Assembly (NCBI GenBank): GCA_964644035.1 | Contig: CAZXUH010000001.1 | Span: 393,093-457,092, forward strand | Length of the DNA stretch: 64,000 nucleotides | Direction: 5' to 3' | From: an uncultured Candidatus Saccharibacteria bacterium | Lineage (GTDB): Bacteria > Patescibacteriota > Minisyncoccia > Phycocordibacterales > DAORIS01 | Shown: positions 58,514-64,000 of the stretch, piece after piece | Numbering within the stretch: the first letter of the stretch is position 1 | How the letters are laid out: the number at the start of each line of letters is the position of its first letter | The notes under the pieces: model-generated | Database searches by the model: none | Seen by the model: only the letters and a program-made list of their open reading frames with translations | What the model was told of the DNA's origin: nothing | Program-made: the position numbers and the translations under genes

Positions 58514-59893
58514 CTATTCTGCAATAAATTCCGAGGGTATTTTTCCCTTCTTATATCTCTGAAGAGGTAAACTCTTAAACAATTCCAATAGCTTCATAAC
58601 GATCGTCCACTCCGATTTGACCTCTGATGTACTGGTAAAAAGTGTCTGGTCACCGCGAATACAATCGAAAAGCACTCTTTCATAGGCATCGGGAATTCTG
58701 CGTGTCAGTTCGTCTTTACCCTGTTCAAAAGAAAGCTTTTGCGGCTCAAGGACAAAATCAAACCCTGGTTTCTTAGACCAAAAGAGTATCGATATTGCCT
58801 CTTTGGGCTGCAGAGAAAATGTCAGAATGTTTACACTTTCTTTTGTATCGCTCTTGAAAAAGAGTTTTATATCGACTAGCGCAGAGCCAAACCCTTTGCC
58901 ACTTTCAAAATAAAACGGCACGCCGCGCCACCTGCGATTGCGTACCCTCAGAGTAACCTTGAAATACGTTTCCGTATCAGAATCGGTCGCCACACCCTTT
59001 TCCGATCGATATCCTTCGTACTGAGCTCTTTCAAAATGAGTCTTCGGATTTTTTTTGTACAAACGCACTGATTTGAGTACTTTTTCTCTAGCCAAACGAA
59101 TATTTTCAGAATCCATTTCCTTGGGTTCTTCCATGGCGATAAGAGCGAGCATTTGCAGCATGTGATTTTGACCAACATCGCGCAGTGCTCCTATACCATC
59201 GTAGAAAGATCCCCTGTCTCCGACAATATGTTCTTCGAGAAATCTAATCTCAACTTTCTCTATCGAATGCTTATCCCAAATAGGTTTAAATATGTCATTG
59301 GAGAAACGAAATGCCAAAATATTTTGAAGCGTTTCTTTGGCCAAATAATGATCGATGCGAAAAATCTGATTTTCTTTGAACAAATCTCCAAGAAGCAGAT
59401 CGAGCTTACGGGCTTCATCGAGATTGTTACCAAAAGGCTTTTCGACCAATATCCTTGCCCAAATATCTTTTTGATCAGCACAACCAGATGCAGCTAGATT
59501 TTTAAATATCGTCTCATAGAGTTTGGGAGGGACTGCCAAATAAAAGAGTTTATTGCTTTCTTCATTACCATGTTCACTATCATATCTTGCTAATGTATTC
59601 TTTAGCATTTTATAGTGTTCCGGATCTTCTATATTTCCTTTTTCATAAAATAGATTTTCAGAAAACTTTATGAAACTTTCATTGTCTACGGGCTTTTTAT
59701 CGGCTTCGAGCGCAAGCTTGGTTTCCCTTGCAAAATCCTGTTGTGAATACGGTCGTCTGCCATAGCCGACAATCCTGATCTTTTTTCCCAGAAATCCTCC
59801 AGTGTACAAATCGAAAAGCGCTCGTGCCAATTTTTTCTGATACAGGTCGCCGGTCGAACCAAATATCACTATCGTGAGCGGCTTCTGGTCCAT
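58514..59893 (-). CDS. zwf: Glucose-6-phosphate 1-dehydrogenase
   Basis: ..IFGSTGDL.. and ..RIDHYLAKE.. (G6PD signature). Confidence 0.9.
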   Translation of the reverse strand: MDQKPLTIVIFGSTGDLYQKKLARALFDLYTGGFLGKKIRIVGYGRRPYSQQDFARETKLALEADKKPVDNESFIKFSENLFYEKGNIEDPEHYKMLKNTLARYDSEHGNEESNKLFYLAVPPKLYETIFKNLAASGCADQKDIWARILVEKPFGNNLDEARKLDLLLGDLFKENQIFRIDHYLAKETLQNILAFRFSNDIFKPIWDKHSIEKVEIRFLEEHIVGDRGSFYDGIGALRDVGQNHMLQMLALIAMEEPKEMDSENIRLAREKVLKSVRLYKKNPKTHFERAQYEGYRSEKGVATDSDTETYFKVTLRVRNRRWRGVPFYFESGKGFGSALVDIKLFFKSDTKESVNILTFSLQPKEAISILFWSKKPGFDFVLEPQKLSFEQGKDELTRRIPDAYERVLFDCIRGDQTLFTSTSEVKSEWTIVMKLLELFKSLPLQRYKKGKIPSEFIAE

Positions 59894-59903
59894 GTCAGTC
59901 TAG

Positions 59904-60689
59904 TTATTGAAATGCAGGTTGAAGAATATCTTTGTTTGCACTCCTGCTCAAAGGAAATTCCTGAATACCGAGTGCATATGGACCAATTGAGTATTGTCCG
60001 AATATGAAGACAATATCGCTGTCAGTCACATACCACGTAGAAAAGGTCTGCGCTTCTGGTTTGGTTCCATCGTCGATACTGCTTGCTTCGCCCTTTTTAA
60101 ATTTATCTTTAAAATATGCCCTGGCCTTGTTTGAGAGATTAGTATACAGAGAGAAATCTGGTTTGAAAATATCTTCTACACCTAAGCGTTTATTCGATGC
60201 ATCGTAGGTAAATGACGTCACACTCGTAATACCATGCGCTCCTCCGGTATAACTATAGACCTCTATAATATAGCTGACTGTCTTTGCAGAAGTGATTACT
60301 TTTGTATTGATGATCAGATTCCACGGACTACGATCGAGGCCCATGATCTCTATATCTTTCTGAGAAAGATCGTTGAAATTCTCGATGAAGCCATTTTTCT
60401 CTGATTGGATAAACTTGTATACATCAGGCAAAACTGTAGATGAAGATTCCGGATACGAGAGATCGAGCGTGTAGTTGCTCGTTGTTGCAGTTTCCCTGAC
60501 AATTTTAGCGGTTTTAATGGCCTGCACTTTTGAAGTAGTAGCCTGGGTGTTTTGAGCATCTGGCACTTCCCTAAATTCGCGAGAGAATTTTATCAAGGCG
60601 AATACCATGAATATAATGACAAGGATAAGGGTAATGAACACGGCGCTCAGTACAATAAATGGCTTTTTCATGCACGTATTATACACCAA
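59904..60689 (-). CDS. Membrane-anchored DUF4163/DUF3298-type (RsiV/PdaC C-terminal-domain-like) protein
   Basis: The N-terminal TM, then ..YSYTGGAHG.. (hallmark of DUF3298). Confidence 0.6.
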   Translation of the reverse strand: MVYNTCMKKPFIVLSAVFITLILVIIFMVFALIKFSREFREVPDAQNTQATTSKVQAIKTAKIVRETATTSNYTLDLSYPESSSTVLPDVYKFIQSEKNGFIENFNDLSQKDIEIMGLDRSPWNLIINTKVITSAKTVSYIIEVYSYTGGAHGITSVTSFTYDASNKRLGVEDIFKPDFSLYTNLSNKARAYFKDKFKKGEASSIDDGTKPEAQTFSTWYVTDSDIVFIFGQYSIGPYALGIQEFPLSRSANKDILQPAFQ

Positions 60690-60748
60690 ACAAAAAAACA
60701 GCCCCAGATAGCCTGGAAGCCGCTTTTATTGTCAAAATAGTCCGATAT

Positions 60749-61981
60749 TTAGAGACCCAAATTTGATTTAAGGGAAGAATCAACTTCTAAAAGTGTGTCA
60801 TTCCCCTGAGCGGAACTTGAAGCTGAAGTATTTGATCCCTGACTTGCCTCTACTCCTGAAGAAGCATTTGCCGAGAGATCAATATCATCTACAACCGCAT
60901 CGATATCAACCTTAATCTTCAAATATGATTCTGCCTCTATCTTTGCTTCTTCGGCTTTCTTTTGTGCCTTTTTAAAGAGGACTAGAGCTTCGCTTTGCGC
61001 TTCGGCTTCCAAGCGAACTTCTGCCTGAGCTACAAAATCTTTGGCTTCTTTGATTGTAATCTGAACTCGAGTACGTGTCTCAGCATCTATCTTGTCGCCT
61101 TTGAGATATGCTTCCGCGTCGACTATGCTACTTGATGCCGCAGCTCGTGCATCTTCCATGATTTTGTTTATGTCACCTCCAGCTTCAAATGTCGCCTTTG
61201 CTGAAGCTTCCAAGCGAGTATTGCTTGCCGCTTCAAGACGAGAACGAGCTGAACCGATAGCATCGACAAAAACTGAAGTAACCTTTGTCTTCGACGCTGT
61301 CATAGTCATTGTGAGACCAGCCTGATTTGCAGCTTTTGCATCTGCTTCGCTGAGTGCAAAGTTGCCGCTCATTGAGAATGCTGCATATTGATGAGCGCGT
61401 AGTTGCCCTTCAAAATCTCCTGCGAGCAAGATTGCATCGGCATCATCGGCATCGGCTTTTTCTATGTATTCAATAGCCTGATTAGCATGATCTAAAAATC
61501 GTGCCTGAAGCTCAGCCTCTGTTTCGCCGTCGAGTGATCCCTTGAAAGCCAGCGCTTCGGCCTCTTCGAGACGATTGACTGCATGCTTAGCTTCTACCTT
61601 TGCTTTGGCTTCGCCACCAAATGCTAATGTAGATTGAACTTTTTCGTTAACATTGATTTTTATGGGGTACAGACTGTCTCCCGGCAATGTATCCTTGGCT
61701 GCATATGTTACTCCGCCGGTCAGAAGGGCTACGATTAATATAAGTGCTGGCATGGTTGTTTTCCAATTAAATATAAACGTTGATAATGGTGACAGCTTTC
61801 TAGGGCTGTATTCTTGTAGACGAACAGGCGAACTCTCCATGACACGAGTCTTCGAAATATGAGTATTGAGTCTCTCTCGTATAATATCTTTCTCTTCCTT
61901 AGAAAGGATGATAGATCGAGCTTCTTCTATGGTAGATTCAAACCTGTTCTTCATGATTAAAATATAATCTTGCTTTCTCAA
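60749..61981 (-). CDS. Putative anti-sigma factor with an extracytoplasmic DUF5667-like helical domain; it overlaps the sigma gene
   Basis: A cytoplasmic N-terminus of about 75 aa, TM MPALILIVALLTGGVTYAA, then DTLPGDSLYPIKINVNEKV.. (DUF5667 start motif), followed by an Ala/Glu-rich helical region. Confidence 0.55.
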   Translation of the reverse strand: MRKQDYILIMKNRFESTIEEARSIILSKEEKDIIRERLNTHISKTRVMESSPVRLQEYSPRKLSPLSTFIFNWKTTMPALILIVALLTGGVTYAAKDTLPGDSLYPIKINVNEKVQSTLAFGGEAKAKVEAKHAVNRLEEAEALAFKGSLDGETEAELQARFLDHANQAIEYIEKADADDADAILLAGDFEGQLRAHQYAAFSMSGNFALSEADAKAANQAGLTMTMTASKTKVTSVFVDAIGSARSRLEAASNTRLEASAKATFEAGGDINKIMEDARAAASSSIVDAEAYLKGDKIDAETRTRVQITIKEAKDFVAQAEVRLEAEAQSEALVLFKKAQKKAEEAKIEAESYLKIKVDIDAVVDDIDLSANASSGVEASQGSNTSASSSAQGNDTLLEVDSSLKSNLGL

Positions 61982-62471
61982 TTCCCCTGTGATATCGAAC
62001 GGTCACAGTATTCTCCGGTTCCCCGGTAATTTCTGAAATTTCCTTAAAGGAAAGATCCTGCACGCACCTCATGACGATGATATCCTTGTATTGTTTGGGT
62101 ATCTTATCAAGCAATGCTAGTGCTCGACCTCCGTCCAAATGGTCCAGATTGATAGACCCTTCGGATGCTTCAGGCTCGAAGCCATCCTCTTGGAGGGCAT
62201 CGAGCGAATCAGCCTTCTTTTTCCGGTAGTGATCGATGATCAGGTTATTGAGAATCTTATAGAGAAATGCCTTGAGATTGTCTACATTCTGACCTCCCGT
62301 CAGATAGTTCCATGTCTTCATAAGCGCTTCCTGCAGCAAATCCTTTGATAGTTCCCTGTCTCCCGTCTTATACAAGGCATATCTAAAAAGGGCGTCTGCA
62401 TGCTTTTCGTAAGACTCCAAAAAATGTTCTTCGGCCACGACTTTCATGATATATGACGAATGCATGAGCAA
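61938..62471 (-). CDS. ECF-type RNA polymerase sigma-70 factor; start uncertain (62471/62465/62447)
   Basis: Region 2 (..FRYALYKTGDRELSKDLLQEALMKTW..) and region 4 (..KDIIVMRCVQDLSFKEISEITGEPENTVTVRYHRGIEK..). Confidence 0.8.
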   Translation of the reverse strand: MLMHSSYIMKVVAEEHFLESYEKHADALFRYALYKTGDRELSKDLLQEALMKTWNYLTGGQNVDNLKAFLYKILNNLIIDHYRKKKADSLDALQEDGFEPEASEGSINLDHLDGGRALALLDKIPKQYKDIIVMRCVQDLSFKEISEITGEPENTVTVRYHRGIEKARLYFNHEEQV

Positions 62472-62535
62472 TACATGACATCCGTATATCTTTAGGATAT
62501 ACCACCTCTTGGCAAAAGCAACCGTCTATTGTGGC

Positions 62536-63072
62536 CTATTTTAAGAGTTCAGCAAACTCCTTCTGAACCTTGTCCAATTTGGGGTTTATGACCACCTGAC
62601 AATAGCTATTTTGAGGATTGCGGGCAAAGTAGTCATTGTGATACTCCTCGGCAGGGAAAAACTCCTCAAGCACCTTTACTTCGGTCACGATTGGATCTCC
62701 AGCACTACTCGAAGCATTGAGTGTAGCTATAAAATCATTGGCTCGTTTCTTTTGATCATCAGTTGTCGTCAATATAATAGAGCGATACTGTGTACCTATA
62801 TCTGCCCCCTGCCTATTGAGAGTTGTCGGATCGTGCGATGCAAAGAAAATAGTCAGCAGCGTTTCGTAAGCGACCTGTTTCGGATCATATTCGATCCTTA
62901 TTACCTCAGCATGACCGGTCATACCAGAAGAAACATTTTCATAATTTGGATTTTTAGTCTGACCTCCAGCATATCCAGGACCTACTGCCGATACACCCCT
63001 CAGCATTTTGAATACTGCTTCAGTGCACCAGAAACATCCTCCACCAAACACAGCAATTTCTTTTTCATTCAT
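62536..63072 (-). CDS. msrA: Peptide-methionine (S)-S-oxide reductase MsrA; start taken at MNEKEIAVFGGGCFW
   Basis: The GCFWC active site matches MsrA. Confidence 0.9.
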   Translation of the reverse strand: MNEKEIAVFGGGCFWCTEAVFKMLRGVSAVGPGYAGGQTKNPNYENVSSGMTGHAEVIRIEYDPKQVAYETLLTIFFASHDPTTLNRQGADIGTQYRSIILTTTDDQKKRANDFIATLNASSSAGDPIVTEVKVLEEFFPAEEYHNDYFARNPQNSYCQVVINPKLDKVQKEFAELLK

Positions 63073-63140
63073 GCACACATTATATATCAAACAAAATACC
63101 CCTTTCGGGGTTATTTTGAATATCACGCAGTATTTTTAAA

Positions 63141-63293
63141 TTACTGAATAGGATTTTGTCCTTTGATAAGTCTAATGAGAATAGCAATGATGGCTATTAC
63201 GAGTAGAACATGAATGAAACCTCCAATGGTATAAGAAGTCACTATTCCCAAGAGCCATAAGACGATAAGTATGATTGCAATTGTCCAAAGCAT
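63141..63293 (-). CDS. lmo0937-family small membrane protein (50 aa; not in the ORF track)
   Basis: Hand translation: MLWTIAIILIVLWLLGIVTSYTIGGFIHVLLVIAIIAILIRLIKGQNPIQ*. Confidence 0.55.
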   Translation of the reverse strand: MLWTIAIILIVLWLLGIVTSYTIGGFIHVLLVIAIIAILIRLIKGQNPIQ

Positions 63294-63344
63294 GGTTTTA
63301 TTTTTAAGGTGAATAAATACTTCTTACTTAATCATAACACAACG

Positions 63345-63371
63345 AAAAAATCGGCATCTCTGCCGATTTTT
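63345..63371 (-). terminator. Rho-independent terminator hairpin ATCGGCA-TCTC-TGCCGAT with flanking A6/T5
   Basis: Read directly: aaaaaatcggcatctctgccgattttt. Confidence 0.55.
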
Positions 63372-63376
63372 CACAA

Positions 63377-63454
63377 ACTACCTTTTTTTACTTCGCTTCT
63401 TCGTCTTTTTTGTCTTCTTTGTTGCTCTTTTCTTAGATGCCTTTTTCTTTGCCA
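63377..63454 (-). CDS. Possible tiny Lys/Arg-rich ORF (25 aa), immediately upstream of the terminator
   Basis: Hand translation: MAKKKASKKRATKKTKKTKKRSKKR*. Weak SD. Confidence 0.2.
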
Positions 63455-63594
63455 TAATATATTTCTTAATTTGAGTTGTTAATGTCGACCCCGTGTCGGT
63501 ACCTCAATAAAATTATACCGAATGCTGTGCAGATGTATACACTCGTCAACATAAAAACTGTTGATAAGTGCAAAAAATAAAAATCAGAAAAAAT

Positions 63595-64000
63595 TTACGG
63601 ACACGCTACGATTCCACTTCCAAGTGCAGAAGAAATTTGTCGCGCTGCTCCGCTGTTGTCGACACACCAATATGCACCAGTGCCAGAAAGTTGTGCAGAC
63701 ACTGCGTACGCAACACCGCTACTGTTGCATACAAGACTTGAATACGAAGGATAATTTGAAGCTGAAACCAGTCGTGCCAAACCTGCCGATGTATCAGTAA
63801 ACATTCCACTGCCGCAACTAGTACTGACCGATCCATAATCTCCTGCTGTTGTGTAGTAGAGCTCAGCTGCATTTCTAATATGCGCCATTTGAGCCTTTAT
63901 CTTGGCGTCATTTCCCTTGGTACGTGCAGTACCAAGTGCTGAGAGAGCAATAGCCGAAAGAATACCCATAATGGTAATAACAACCAGAAGTTCAATGAGG
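63595..64000 (-). CDS. Type IV pilin/pseudopilin (prepilin-type N-terminal methylation domain); N-terminus runs off the window end
   Basis: The open frame at the window edge encodes ..LIELLVVITIMGILSAIALSALGTARTKGNDAKIKAQMAHIRNAAELYY.., the class III signal/hydrophobic helix motif. A C-terminal Cys pair is present. Confidence 0.8.
   Translation of the reverse strand, partial: LIELLVVITIMGILSAIALSALGTARTKGNDAKIKAQMAHIRNAAELYYTTAGDYGSVSTSCGSGMFTDTSAGLARLVSASNYPSYSSLVCNSSGVAYAVSAQLSGTGAYWCVDNSGAARQISSALGSGIVACP

Overview
The window is a 64 kb chromosomal segment with moderately low GC content. Nearly all genes are on the minus strand and gene content is housekeeping-dominated. The genes present are typical of a reduced-genome bacterium using the standard genetic code. 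This fits a Patescibacteria/CPR-like or similar episymbiont-type organism, but lineage cannot be proven from sequence alone.

Core genes I can support:
- Replication and translation: dnaE C-terminal part, tsf, rpsB, prfA, rpmE, rplY.
- Pentose-phosphate and glycolytic block: fba, a PfkB-family kinase, split transketolase, rpe, rpiB, bcp, gap.
- Further carbon metabolism: glmS, pgi/pmi, zwf.
- Nucleotide supply: nrdB and nrdA.
- Chaperones: groEL and groES.
- Stress and regulation: htpX, a DUF2207 protein and lemA; an OmpR-type response regulator with a histidine kinase; msrA and msrB.
- SOS-type operon: lexA and dinB behind a Cheo-type LexA box.
- An ECF sigma factor with a DUF5667 anti-sigma partner and a DUF3298 membrane protein.
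- RNA genes: tRNA-Thr(UGU), tRNA-Ser(GGA) and one aberrant tRNA-like gene.
- A partial type IV pilin gene at the 3' edge of the window.

The outstanding region is an accessory island of about 17 kb (2195..19028). It abuts the 3' end of tRNA-Thr, and a degenerate copy of the tRNA 3' end lies next to it. It is uninterrupted on the minus strand and contains:
- A tightly coupled four-gene operon resembling the Firmicute Csc/WxL cell-surface complex: WxL-like, DUF916/DUF3324-like, WxL-like, and an FN3 anchor protein.
- A small membrane-tethered HTH_17 (excisionase-type) DNA-binding protein whose stop codon overlaps the next start codon.
- A 4169-aa fibre-like surface protein. It has long, nearly identical internal repeat modules and beta-helix-like Gly/Asn repeats. 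It ends in a phage-tail-fibre-type intramolecular chaperone (peptidase S74) autoproteolytic domain followed by a Pro/Glu/Thr-rich tail.

I interpret this as a candidate host-attachment or surface-fibre system that has not been described as such.

Other notable signals:
- DnaA boxes upstream of nrdA and upstream of the lexA operon.
- A perfect 27-bp palindrome in the leader of the HTH gene.
- A +1-split phosphomannomutase/phosphoglucomutase gene.
- A small accessory cluster (NUDIX, putative nucleotidyltransferase, SAM methyltransferase) at the 3' side of tRNA-Ser.

Coordinates I derived by hand may be off by about 1 nt.
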